Part shown: positions 38,175-50,993 of the stretch, in pieces | How the letters are laid out: each line of letters begins with the position of its first letter | Numbering within the stretch: position 1 is the stretch's first letter | From: Paramecium tetraurelia | Taxonomy: Eukaryota | Assembly (NCBI GenBank): GCA_000165425.1 | Contig: CT868042.1 | Coordinates: 1-64,000 of the forward strand | Direction: 5' to 3' | DNA length: 64,000 nucleotides | The notes under the pieces: model-generated | Databases searched by the model: none | Seen by the model: only the letters and a program-made list of their open reading frames with translations | What the model was told of the DNA's origin: nothing | Program-made: the position numbers and the translations under genes

Positions 38175-39391
38175 ATATGAATAAACCTAATAATAATTTT
38201 TAAAACAATATATTTAATCTAAATTTAAAAGTTGGTAACTTTTATCTAAAAATACAATCATTTTGAAGAAAAAATTTTTATCAAGAAGGCTATAAAATTG
38301 GTAGTTGTTATTAATATTGCATGGGATAAACTTAATAAGAATAATTTAAGATTACTGCTTTTTGACTTACAAACAATTTATAATTTGAGCAATATTTCAT
38401 AGACCTATATTGTAAAAATCAACAAGGGATACTTTGTTACATCAACAACTATATCCGAAAGATAAATTTAAATTGGAAAGAAATTATTTCTAATGTTAAT
38501 GTTATATTAGGTTGAAGATTTACTTGAAATTTTGTCATGGGAGTTCTTCAAAAATGTCAAAGTATTATTTATTTTTGAGTTCTTAAGTTGTCAAAATCTG
38601 TTAAAATATTTTGAATATTATTTGAATCCATCAAGTACAAATGAGATAATTGATATAAGAGAAAACATAATATAATCAAACTTAAAAAGTCATGTTCAGA
38701 ACTTTTACTGTGAATCTTATATAATGGATTGAATAATAACAAGATTGAAAAATTAGGATATTATCATAAGACATTTTTTTGATTCTATAGGCATTTCAAA
38801 ATATTAATTAATATTAAGCAAAGGACAGACAGAATTATTTTATAAAAACAATTCACATGTGATATATTATATATTTTATATGTTTAATATGTAATTTAGA
38901 TAAAATTGTTATGAATTATTGATAATTTAATTAAGATTTACTTATAAAATTCGTTGTTAATGATTGGAGGAATTTAATTTTAGGCAATAAAGTAATTAAA
39001 TAGTATTATAATTTTGACTAAAATATTATTTTTTCCAATTTCACCCCAAAGGGTAATTCTTGTCAAGTGAATTTGAACAAAATTTAACAAAAAAGCTTAA
39101 CTATCTTTATTTAATTTGATATTTGAAGAAATTAATGAATGGAGAGAGATAATACAGAATTTCTTGCATAACGTAAAATTATGAAGTCTTCAAAATTACA
39201 TAATATAATAATATAGTCAATATTCCAAACAAAATCAAGTTGCTTTAATTATGAATCGATTCTTCGCTTCTAAATTTCAGCTACAAACAATTTCTAATTT
39301 AAGAATCCTTACTAAAATATACTCAAGATTTATTTATTTGTTATCAATAGCATAAATCAATTAATAAATAATCAAAATTATTAATAAACTA

Positions 39392-42300
39392 ATGAATTGC
39401 AATTATCATATTCAAAATCAAATATCATTTATATGTTTAGCACCTCACAAGTGTTAAAATTAAAGGAAATTGTGTGATGAATGCTTTTAAGAACATGGAG
39501 TGGAGGTGTAATTTCTAATTCCGATAAATGGATTACAAGAAATAGTTAAGAAGAAATTTTAAGAATTGAAGTTGGGAGATATTTCTGAAATATCTGTATA
39601 GAGAATAAATTTTAAATCCATGCTCTCCCAAAGCCAAAGTAAATTTAAGCAAATTTTGGATTAATTTTCAGAATCAGCCTAATATATATTCGATATGATT
39701 GAACTATAAACCAAATCATACGTTCATCTAATTAACTAAAATATTAACCCAGCAGAATTATCAAATTATGACTTAGAAATATTGATATAAATTTTAAAAG
39801 GGGAAAGCATAAATGATTGGATAGAATAGAAAAATATTTATTTGAATAAATTGGAAGAATTAAAAGTTTATTGGGATCAAGAAGAAAAGTTATTTATTAG
39901 CAATATTTAAGACAAATTGAGAGGATTGCTTTCAATAAATGAGTAATAAAGTAGTAAATTTACAGGATAAACCAAAGAAATCTAAAAGAGTTATTTTTAA
40001 TTCAAAGCTTTATAAATTACAACAACAGAACAAATGTCTCGAAACGAAAAATAAAATTTTGTTAAAGATAATTCTAATTTAAGAATGTAAAGTTTCATTA
40101 ATATTATTTAGAGATTCAATAATAGAAGATAAAAGAGAACCAGAGGATTTAACAAATTTAGAATAAATCCAACATTTGAAGTGGGTTGGTAAATATGGAC
40201 AAAACAATAAAAAAATCGGTTTATGGGAAGCAACATGGTAGGGTGAAAAAATTTAGAGGGTTGGCGGAGAGTACTCTTTTGATGGGAAAAAATAAGGCAA
40301 ATGGATAGAAATAATAGAAAATTATTAGATGTAAAAATTTATTAAACTATTAGTCTAGCCTAAGTTTTTAAGGTAGGTGAATATGTAAGGGGTTAAAAAA
40401 TAGGATTTTGGAAATATGTTTATGAAAATAAGGAGATGTATAAATTGATTAATTAATTCAATAACAATAGAGGTGGAGGAGTCTATAGTACAGAAGGGTT
40501 GAAGATTGGAAAATGGATAGAGTTGAGTAAAGGTTTTTGGAAATATTCTTAAGTAACTCATTAAGGCGAATATCACAATGGTAAAAAGGTTGGTAGATGG
40601 GATATTTTTAATAGAAAATATAGAAGTGGTTCATCTTCAAAAATGTAAACATATTTTATGTAGTTTTTAATAAAATAATAATTTGGAAAAACAATATATT
40701 AGTGGTGGCGGATCATACGATGAAGCAGGTGCAGAATTCAAGATTGGGTATTGGGTAGAAATGATGGATATACTTAATTCTGATTGTTAGATAATGACTA
40801 GTGGTCGATATCAAAATGGGAAAAAAATTGGTAGATGGAACTTGTACAATAAAAAATCTTCAATGTAAAAAAAAATAATAACAATATTTTGGAAAAAATT
40901 ATATTAGTGGTGGTGGGTCATATGATGAAGGATGTGATGGAGTAAAGTCAGGTGATTGGGTTGAAGTTATGGATATTTTTTGTTCTGATTCTTAGCTTTT
41001 TTACTTCGGCGAATATAAAAACGGAAAAAAGGTTGGTAGATGGGATATTTAGTAAAAGTTGTAGGGAGAATGTCGAATAATGTATTTATATTTTATATCT
41101 TATTAATTCCAAAACCTTATGAAAAATACAGTGCCGGTGGATGTTATGAGGAACCAGATTATGAACAAAAAGTAGGGAATTGGGTTGAAATATCAAATAA
41201 TTTCAAGAATGGCTCTCAATTAACATTAAATGGCTTATATAAAAGTGGTAAAAAGGTTGGTAAATGGGATATTTTGTACAATTATAAAGGAAAAAATGAA
41301 AAGATGTAATAATACATTATATAGTTTTAATAATATTAATCCAATTGAATACAGAGGTGGTGGATCATATGAAATAGGGGGTGATGAACTTAAAGAAGGA
41401 AATTGGGTGGAAGTATTAGATAATTTCAAGGATAATTCTTAATTAACATAAAATGGCGTATATAAAAATGGTAAAAAAGTTGGTAGATGGGATATTTGGT
41501 TCAATTATAAAGGAAATAATGAACAAATGTAATACTTTATTATGTAGTCTTAATAATAACAACTTATGAAAATATAGTGGTGGTGGATATTATGAAGAGA
41601 ATGAACAAAAAGAAGGTAGTTGGGTGGAAATATCAAATATTTTTACAGATATTTCTTAAATCATATACAGTGGAAAATATATAAATGGTAAAAAAATTGG
41701 TATATGGGAAATTTGTCATAGAAAATAGGGTGACAGTTATTTCTAAAAGATGTAAACTTATATCTTATAATTTTAATTTGCTAATTTTATGGAAATTATA
41801 GTGGAGGTGGATCATACGATGAAAAAGGTAATGAACTTAAGGTAGGTGATTGGGTGGATATATCAGATGATTGGAAGGACTTTTGTTAAATAACTTACAA
41901 AGGTGAATATAAAAATGGTCGAAAATTTGGTTCCTGGGATATTGAAGAGATAATAGACTTTAAAAAACCATTAAAAATAATGTAAACAAAGGAATCTAAT
42001 TAATACAGGGCAGGTGGATAATATGATAAAGTAGGTTATGGGGTAAAGTTAGGGAAATGGATTGAGTTGCATCATGAATTTTTGACTTAGGCCACTTTTC
42101 ATGGTGAATATCGAAATGGTAGAAAGGTTAATAAATGGGATATTTATTTGAAATAAAATGGAAAGAATGAATATATGTAAATAAATAAAAAAGTTTAGTG
42201 GTGGAGGACTTTATGATGACTAGGAAAGCGAAAATTTAGGTCCAGTTAAGTAAGGGAAGTGGATAGAACTGGACGATAGATTTTAAGAGTATCAAGATTA

Positions 42301-42700
42301 AATGTTATTTATTAGAGATTGTCGAGCAACTCATCAAGGTGAATACTCTAATAATAAAAAGTTTGGTAGATGGGATAGCTACTTTTCAAACTACTAGATG
42401 TAATTTATTTAATTATAGTTATAAAACCTAGAGGTGGTGGGCTTTATAATGAAAACGGTGTAAAAGAAGGATTTTGGTCATAGCTGAGCGAATCATTTTC
42501 TATGTTAGACATTTGTTGATATTTAGTTATAACCTTGTGATACACATGGGATTATTAAAAAATGGAAAAAAGGCGGGATTATGGAATGTTATGAAGATAA
42601 ACATTTAAGGTGACGTTTTTATTTATGAGAAAATGTATAAAATTACGATTAATATATCAGTGCAGATATAAAATATTAAGATGACAAAAAAAATGAATGA
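39392..42700 (+). CDS. Repeat protein (MORN-variant/YwqK-like GGG.YD...K.G.W.E...G.Y.NGKKVG.WDI repeats) with N-terminal Cys/His motif and coiled coil
   Basis: MNCNYHIQNQISFICLAPHKCQNQRKLCDECFQEH, helical region, then about ten ~57-aa repeats, each ending at a phase-2 intron. TGA at 42698-42700. Confidence 0.82.
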
Positions 42701-42923
42701 CGCATATATAGATTTTAAAATTAACATTTTTTTCTAATTTTTCTCTAAATTTTTACAATAAATATTCTAGGTCATTTAGTTATGTTTATCCTGAGAATAT
42801 TATGAACAAAAAATTCTATAACTTGAATAACATAGTAAATATATAAAGAAGTTTTAAGATTATTTCTCCATAAAGAAATAAAGTTATAGAATAAAATGAT
42901 TTTTTATATTATTTTTATATCAA

Positions 42924-45821
42924 ATGAAATAAAAGCTAGCATAATAAAAAAAATAAAATTAGAAACATGGATTTACCAAAGAGGAAACTGCAGATGGATT
43001 GGCATTCGGATATTATCAATTCTAAAAGAAAGTGGGTATATGGTCCATTGAATATCCTGACAGAATGTAAAATATTTTTAAATTAATAATAAGAGAGTAT
43101 GGGGAATTTGACGGAGAATTTAAAGTTGGAGAATGGATTATCAAAAATCGCTTTGAAGGTCTTTAATAAGAGTAATTTAATTTAAGTCAAATTTAGAGGA
43201 TAAAGAATACAACAAATAACCTCAACAATAAACAATAAAATTATGATACCGAAGTTGATTCCACATTGTCTCCTTAAATTTCATTTACAAATGGAATTAC
43301 AGACACTATAAGAAAACCTAATATTATAACTAAATCAGAATAAATCGAATATTTGAGATGGCATGGAAATTATGGTATGAATAATAAGAAGATTGGATAT
43401 TTGATGGCTACATGGAAAAGGAGAAGCAATGTAGAGAGTGGGTGGAGAGTACTCTGATGAAGGAAAAAAATAAGGTTAATGGAGAGAAATAATAAAAAAT
43501 TATTCTACGTAAGTGCAACTTTCAAAAATTATTAGTCTAGCTGAAGTAGTTGAAGTAGGCCAATACCTAAATGATGTGAAATAAGGAGTTTGGAAATATA
43601 TTTATGAAAATAAGGAGATGTATAATTAATAAAATAAATAAAACTAGAGGCGGAGGAGTCTATAGTATTGAGGGTTCGAAAAATGGGAAATGGATAGAAC
43701 TGAGTGAGAATTTTTGGAAATATTCATAAGTGACTTTTGAAGGGGAATATAAAAATGGGCAAAAAGTTGGTAGATGGGATATTTGTTATAGAAAATTCAA
43801 CAAAGATAAATTTTCATTGATGTAAATAAAATATCAATTAGTTTCAATATAACAATATTATTGAAAACCGAATATTAGAGGTGGAGGATCATATAGTGAA
43901 TCAAATGATGGACTCAAAATTGGCAATTGGATGGAAATTATTGATAGTTTTAGATCTGATTCTTAGATAATGTACAGCGGTGAATATAACAATGGGAAAA
44001 AGGTTGGTAGATGGGTTATTTTGTATAAAAAAGAAGAAATGTAAAATATAATTATATAGATTAATAAAATATTAGTGGTGGCGGGTTATATGATAGATCA
44101 GGAGATGAAGTAAAAGTTGATGTTTGGGTAGAAATAATCGGCAGTTTTAATTCTGATTCCAAGGTAACTTGCCGTGGCGAATATAGAAATAGTAAAAAGA
44201 TTGGTAGATGGGATATTTTTCATAAATACGAAGGAAGAAATTAAAAAATGTATTAATATCACAATTAATATTATCACCAAAAACACAGAGGAGGTGGATC
44301 ATATGATGAATAAGGCGATGAACTTAAGATTGGTTAATGGATGGAAATATCAGATTTTTTCAATAATTTCTCTTAAGTAATTTACAATGGCTTATATAAA
44401 AATGGCAAAAAGGTTGGTTACTGGTATATTTGGGAATAATCTGAAGGAAATTATGAAAGAATGTATTAATATTACAATTAATAATTATTACCGAAAATAT
44501 AGAGGTGGTGGATCATATGAAGTATCAGGCAATGAATTTAAGGTGGGTCGATGGGTGGAAACATCAAATAATTACAGTGATATCTCTTAAGTAACCTACA
44601 AAGGTGAGTACAACAATGGCCTTAAGATCGGCGGATGGGATATTTGGTATAAATATGAAGGAAAAAGTACCAAAATGTATATATATTACTATTAATATCG
44701 TTACAGAGGAGGCGGATAGTATGATGAATCAGGCAATGAATTTAAGTTGGGTCCATGGGTGGAAATATCAGATGTTTTCAATAATTTCTCTTAAGTAACT
44801 TACAATAGTCAATATAAAAATGATAAAAAAGTTGGTAGATGGGATGTTTGGTATTAGCAAGAAGGAAAAAATGAAAAGATGTATGAATATCACAATTATA
44901 ATTATCACAAAATACAGAGGAGGTGGATCATATGATGAATTAGGTGATGAACTTAAGGTTGGTTAATGGGTGGAAATATCAAATAATTACAGGGATAACT
45001 CTTAAGTAACTTATAATGGAGAATATAACAATGGCATTAAGATTGGCCAATGGGATATTTACTAGAGGATAGGCTTTGATTAACCAATTTAAAAAATGTA
45101 AAAATAATTAATAATAATGATATAGAGGCGGTGGATAATATGATAATGTAGGCCATGGAGTAAAGTTTGGATAATGGATTGAGTTGCATGACGAATTCAT
45201 GAATACTTCATAAGTTACTTTTAATGGTGAATATAGAAATAATAGAAAAGTGAATAGGTGGGATATATTTTTCAATTCTAATGGAGAGAATAAATTGATG
45301 TAAAATATTTAAACATTTTTAGTGGAGGAGGACTTTATGATAATGAAGAAAGGGAAGATTTAGCTCCAGGTAAATTAGGAAAGTGGATTGAGCTAGATTA
45401 TAGATTTAATGAGTATCAAAATTAAATCTAATATGATAGAAGTTTTTAAGTTACTCATCAAGGCGAATACAAGAATAATAAATAGACTGATAGATGGGAT
45501 ACCTATTTCTAAGACCGTAAAATGTATTTATTTAAAAAGCATAATAATTAGAGGTGGTGGATCATATAATGAAAATGGAATAAAAGATGGTTAATGGGGT
45601 TTATTGACCACGAAATTTAGTCCGTAAGTTTACATTTATAAATATAGCTACAAGCTTACCTTATTTTTAGGTTTATTTACAAATGGAGAAAAAGTGGGAA
45701 ATTGGATTCTCATGAATATAAAGATTGAAGATCACTATATAATATTTGTGAAGATGTATAAAATTATATATCATATAAAATTAGAGGAGAAAAAACATAT
45801 GAAAATGAGAAATAATATTGA
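42924..45821 (+). CDS. Tandem paralogue of the preceding repeat gene with a different N-terminus; apparent +1 frameshift at 43416-43419 (pseudogene or sequencing error)
   Basis: Same repeats and intron positions as 39392-42700. TGG AAAA GGA GAA breaks the frame where the paralogue reads TGG TAG GGT GAA. Confidence 0.75.
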
Positions 45822-46156
45822 ATGCTTCATTTATATATATTAAAGTCAGCATTTATTTTTAATTGATTTCTTCAAGCTTTGGGTCAATTTTAGTCAACAA
45901 AAACCTAGAAATATTATTCTTATTCATTCCTCTTCGGTCTTCCCTAAGTAACCTAAAGTTCAAGTTATTGTAAAATCTGGTAATATTATTAGAGGATGAA
46001 CCTAAATTAATTTATTTTATATATAAATCTATTTTAAACGATAATAATAAAAAAAAGATGTCATAAAAGGCATCCTAACGATATTAAATTTTTATATTAT
46101 GACTTATAAGAATATATTTTAAGTTATTTAATTTATAAATATTATTATTATTTAGA

Positions 46157-47845
46157 ATGATTAATCAGGATTAGCGTATCAAAGTTCTTGAGAATAAGTA
46201 CGTAGTAAATTTAAATTATCCTCTTGGACATGTAAAATTACATAAATCCTAGATTGAAGGGAGGTTTTGCAAAAGTCTATATTGGACATATGTTTGGAAA
46301 TGAGAAAGAATTAGTTGCTATTAAAATTATTGATAAGAAAAAATTCAAAAACCAAAAGAATACAAAGAATATTGTCCTGAATTATATAAAAAGAGAGAGC
46401 TAAAATTAATTTTAATTATCAAGTCCTCATATAGTAAAGTATTCTTTGTTTTTATTTAGAATGATAGATCTTATAGAAAATGATGATGAAAGCTATTTTA
46501 TATTAGAGTATTGTGAAGGAGGGAACCTTCAACAAAAAATTGACCAAGTTGGAATTCCTTTTGAAGAGGCACTTTTAATTTTCAAACAAATTGTAAATGG
46601 ATATAAATAAATCAGAGAGAAAAATATAATCCATAGAGATTTAAAGCCAGAAAATATTCTTTTTTCAAAGAATATTGCTAAAATAGGAGATTTTGGGTTT
46701 TCTAAATTTTTAGATGATCTTGATGAAATCGTGCTTCAATCAGCTGTTGGAACTCCTATTTATGCTGCGCCTGAAATTATAACAAGGAAATTTTCATCTA
46801 AAGTAGATATTTGGTCTTTGGGAGTAATACTTTTTTAAATGCTATATGGTTAAATTCCAAATGAGATAAAAGATTATCTAAACTTAAAGATTAAAAACAT
46901 TGATTATATTAAATTTCCAGCTAATAAGAAGATTCCTGAATATGTTGTAAATATAATGAAAAAAATGCTTGATGTCAATCCAGAAAAGAGAATTAGTTGG
47001 GATGATTTATTTGCAGAAAATCTTTTAGAATTAATAGAACCATAAAGTAGTGAAATTATAGACTAAATAAGCGAATCTAAGGCTATGATGATGAAACAAG
47101 TGCTTTAAACAGAAAATAGGGTAGAGAGTATCTTTTTATATTTCATTTATGTTTCAGATATTCTAAAATTCATCTAATAGTTGATGACTGAAGTGTAAAA
47201 TCTCAATATGATGGCACAATTTTCGCAAGCGTAATAATTTAGTTATTCAATAATTACTATTAAGTATATGGAGAATGAATTAAAATTCTATTTAGATATT
47301 CTGAAAGGATAGGTAAATTCAATGATTTCTATCTTAGAATTTGTTCTCAGTTTATATCCTTCAAGCAGATTTTGAGTTGTTTAGGAACACTGATAAATTT
47401 TATAAGACATTCAATAATTTTAAAAAAAATTATGAGATAATGAGCCAATTTTACGTTCAAGCTAGAGTCAAATATGATAAGTTTGCATCATAGAAAACTT
47501 AGAAGGAAGAATAAAAGAACGTAATAATATGGTTAATTTAAGTGGTGTAAAAATGTAATTGAAGCACTTGATCAAAATGAGAATAATCAGAAGTTTTGTT
47601 AAACATTCAATTAAGTTTATAGTTAAATAATACACCGGATTTTGTAGAAATATAATAAGAATGAGAACGCAAACGAAGATAAGAATCGAGTTTTGAAGGT
47701 GTTAATTAAATTGTTACATTGTTTATAACCACTCTAATTTAGTCATCACAAAAAAGATGCATATAAAATTGAAGAAAGGCTGCTCACCACAACTTGTTTA
47801 GAGAATGAGTTTAATGTACTCTATGCTCAAATATTTAATTAATGA
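46157..47845 (+). CDS. Ser/Thr protein kinase (ULK/CAMK-like ciliate expansion) with helical C-terminal region
   Basis: LGHGGFAKVY, VAIK, HRDLKPEN, KIGDFGFS, GTPIYAAPE, DIWSLG. Short introns. TGA at 47843-47845. Confidence 0.92.
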
Positions 47846-47888
47846 AGTATAAATTCAATTTTTATAATTATATAAATAATTGATTGAT

Positions 47889-48770
47889 ATGGAATAGGAC
47901 AGCGTTTCTATTTTATGTGAATAGTAGGAGAGAAAAATAAAGTAAATGCAAATGATCTACATAGAGTAATCTTGATTGGAGATCAGTCTGTGGGTAAAAG
48001 TAAATTAATGGAGTGTCTGCTGAATATTGAATCTAAAGTTAACGATAAATAAATTTAATCTGTAGATTTCTTTATATCAAGAATTATGTTACCTAATAAG
48101 ATTACATAAAAGATTCATGTTTGGATTACTTCTGGAGAAATAAAGAACATGTTTTTATATTGATTTGATCTTTAGTGCCATGATAAGAGCATTTCTACTT
48201 TAGAGCAACATCTACATTATAGCCTTCTCTTTAAATAACATGGTGACCCTAGAGAATGCTTTGAATACATGGTTTTAATTATGTGTTAAGAATGCCAAAT
48301 AAACAAATGCGTATTATTATTTCTTAGGAACCATGGGAGATTTAGAAAGAAAATGTCCTAAATACAATGAAATAATTAATTAAATAAATGAAAAATGCGC
48401 AGAATACAAAGTAGCAGTATTTGGTTCAAAAAATGCACATCCGGTTAGTGGAATTCGTTAATCAGAAAAATGGAATGATGATCATATTATAGAGTTTGCG
48501 ACTAAACGACTTCCTCAGAATGTCTATTATTCTGAATGTTCAGCAACTGAAAATTTAGGAATGGATCGAAGCATGAGTATATTTACTAAATTGATAATGT
48601 CTGCAATGGATATGTAGGATAAATTAAATGGAATAGTTAAGGTTACAGAATAACCAACAACTGCAAAACCTTAATTGCAATCTACTTAAGATAAGAGGCC
48701 TTCTGCAAAGATTGAAATTCGATAATAACCTTAAGAACAGTAAGAAAAGATGTGTTGCAAAATATTTTGA
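47889..48770 (+). CDS. Atypical Ras-superfamily (Rab/Rho-like) small GTPase, prenylation tail CCKIF
   Basis: KIKVILIGDQSVGKS (G1, after a 23-nt intron), HVWITSGE (G3 position), FLGTMGD (G4), YSECSAT (G5), KMCCKIF-TGA. Confidence 0.85.
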
Positions 48771-49014
48771 AAAATAAATTATATCATATAATCAATTAAT
48801 TAAAATTAAAGAATTAAGAAGACTAAACCAATTACATTTCACATAATAAAAGTAATCCTTTAAATTTTAATCATGTTTAAAGAGCTATTCAATTATGATC
48901 TCAATTCTAAAATACTATCTCCTTGTCATATTAAAATAGTTAATCATCAATTGTGCTTTAGATTAGTCTGTTGAAAAAGTTTATAAAAGATAACTAAAAA
49001 TTAGAACAACTCTA

Positions 49015-49163
49015 CATATTATTGATAAGTCTTGTGGTTCAATTTTGGGCTTATTTTCAACATGAATCTAAAATAGTTATGATGGTTAAACCTTTCTTAA
49101 TTTTTCTGATTTAACAAAATAAAAATGCTAAAAATCGTATAAACTAAGAAAGTTAAATATTGA
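49015..49163 (+). pseudogene. Decayed 3' remnant of the vWA gene (18451-~18640)
   Basis: aatgctaaaaatcgtataaactaagaaagttaaatattgatatttat matches the vWA end acaatgctaaagatggtataaactaagaaagccaaatattgatatttat. No upstream vWA domain recognisable. Confidence 0.75.
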
Positions 49164-49428
49164 TATTTATATTCATTAGTTTTATAAGATAATTATAATA
49201 GATTATGATTTAAATAGGTAAAAAAATTATAGATTTATTGTTTTGTCAATGAATTTGATATTATTATTAACTCCATTATCTGCAGCCTGTACTCCATCTG
49301 CTGAAACCACTTAAATTCAAAATTATCGAATATAGAAATATTTATACTAAAATATATAACTAATAGAATAAATTTTTGTATATAGATTAAAGAGCCTATA
49401 CTTTTTCTGATTATTATTCCTACAAAAT

Positions 49429-49821
49429 ATGTCAGCTAGTAATTTACCTCAAAGAGATGATGATAAGCTAATAGTTGTTCCTTTAGAATTTAAATGCCTT
49501 GAAGATTGTGTATGTAAATCTTAGGAAAAAAGAACTTGGTATCATAAAAAATGTGGAAAACCATCTTTCATAAATGAAAAAGGCGATATTTTTTGTGAAA
49601 ATCTCTAAAATGGCTGTTCATCATATTTTATTAAAGATGCCTCTTTTTAATGCGATGAGGCAAAGAAAAATAACACTTGGTATTAATTTAAGAACGCGTC
49701 GGAGATATGTATGGCACTAGGCAAGGCCTTATAAGCAGCAGAAAATAAACTTGAATCGGTCAAATTATTAAAATTTACTCATTAGATTTTGATATAATTA
49801 GGTTAGAGATGGTATACTTGA
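49429..49821 (+). CDS. Small Cys/His-rich (putative Zn-binding) protein, 130 aa, copy 2
   Basis: MSASNLPQRDDDKLIVVPLEFKCLEDCVCKSQEKRTWYHKKCGKPSFINEKGDIFCENLQNGCSSYFIKDASFQC...QRWYT-TGA. Paralogue of 17491-17886. Confidence 0.88.
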
Positions 49822-50037
49822 TTAGCATGAAATTAATAATTTATTATTACTAAATGAGCGATCGCAATTGTTATCTTGTCAAAGAATAAAGTATTTAAAA
49901 TTCATTCTAATATACATTTATATCATTATATATATAGTTGTTGGTTTAATATAACAATTATTATATATTTAACTAAGCAATCTATTAATAAATAGATATT
50001 AAATTTATGATTTAATTTATTAATTGTAAATTGTTCT

Positions 50038-50575
50038 TCAATAAACTAATATGAAAAATATTATTAATAGATTGCCAAGAATATCATTAAATTCAATCAC
50101 AATCTAACAGATTTTTCATATGATGATCCCATCTAAGAATCACTGCTGTTTTGATGTAACAATCTGACGATTTAAGAGTTTTAATATATCGATTGAAAAA
50201 CATAAATAAATATTTTACCAATTCCATGAATAAAAATACTTACATCTTCCTACTTAAGCAGAATAGGTTTGACCTGTATGACTCTAACATAAAGATTTTG
50301 CTGACTCCCAATAACACCTATCTTTAGCCAGTTTATATGCATTTTAATCTTATTTTGCAGAATCACAGCTTTCCATTCAATTTACATAACTCTGTTTGTG
50401 TTAATCCAAACACAGATTCAATCCTAGCCTTAAGAGTTACAACTTTATTTAATTTTATAATCTGAACAATTAGCCTTACTAATGCATTAAATACCATTTT
50501 ATATGCAATTTTCTAATATTCTACATGATTAAGTGATATACATTTGGGGTATCTTCACTCTTCATTTTCTACATC
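50038..50575 (-). pseudogene. Truncated, frameshifted copy of the surface-antigen 3' end (16622-17198)
   Basis: Clear nucleotide similarity, with a 2-nt deletion, a GGA>TGA nonsense change, 1-nt insertions and two ~20-nt deletions. Confidence 0.9.
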
Positions 50576-50993
50576 ATTTAGACCTTATGAGGATTACTTA
50601 AAGAAAAAGACGTTGGTTTCAAGCTTTCTTAACACATTTGAAAATGTTAGTTAATTGTCTTATTATTGTAACTATCATTTTAATCATTTTCTTCATAATT
50701 ATTTACATTTTTCTTAAATTGACATTTAATACACCCTTTAATAATCGATGGATCTTGCCTGAATATGATGAAAGTGTTATGATGTGAATGTGTAATTCAC
50801 AATTCTTAGCTTAATTTAATTGTTCTAAGATGTTTTGCTCTCTTATGAATTCTTGTGAATTTTAGAATGATGAAAATGCATGTGTTAACATAAACAGTTA
50901 TTATTATATATGAAATAATAAAGCGCATCGAAACCAAAAATTACTACACAACTACCAATGCTACCAGAAATAAAGAGATAATCAAAGGATTCA

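Larger units (their letters stand above)
49015..50575. repeat. Derived inverted copy of ~16622-18640
   Basis: Contains a vWA 3' remnant, the intact Cys/His gene and a surface-antigen 3' remnant, in mirror order, with internal deletions. Confidence 0.9.

Noticed and set aside
38320..38735. ~140-codon TGA-free frame in the WD40/repeat-gene spacer
   Set aside because: No clear start or motif. Long open frames arise easily when TGA is the only stop.
47889..47975. Non-canonical GC-AG intron at the GTPase 5' end
   Set aside because: A canonical 23-nt intron (gtaaatgcaaatgatctacatag) gives the better KIKVILIGD reading.
18640..49015. Staggered-break inversion of the interior flanked by inverted duplicates
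   Set aside because: That model predicts one intact and one truncated flanking gene at each end. Here both are intact on the left and both are remnants on the right.
50575..50892. Chimeric gene fusing a new N-terminus (MLTHAFSS...) to the antigen remnant
   Set aside because: Needs several ad hoc introns and reads the remnant out of frame. No support without transcripts.
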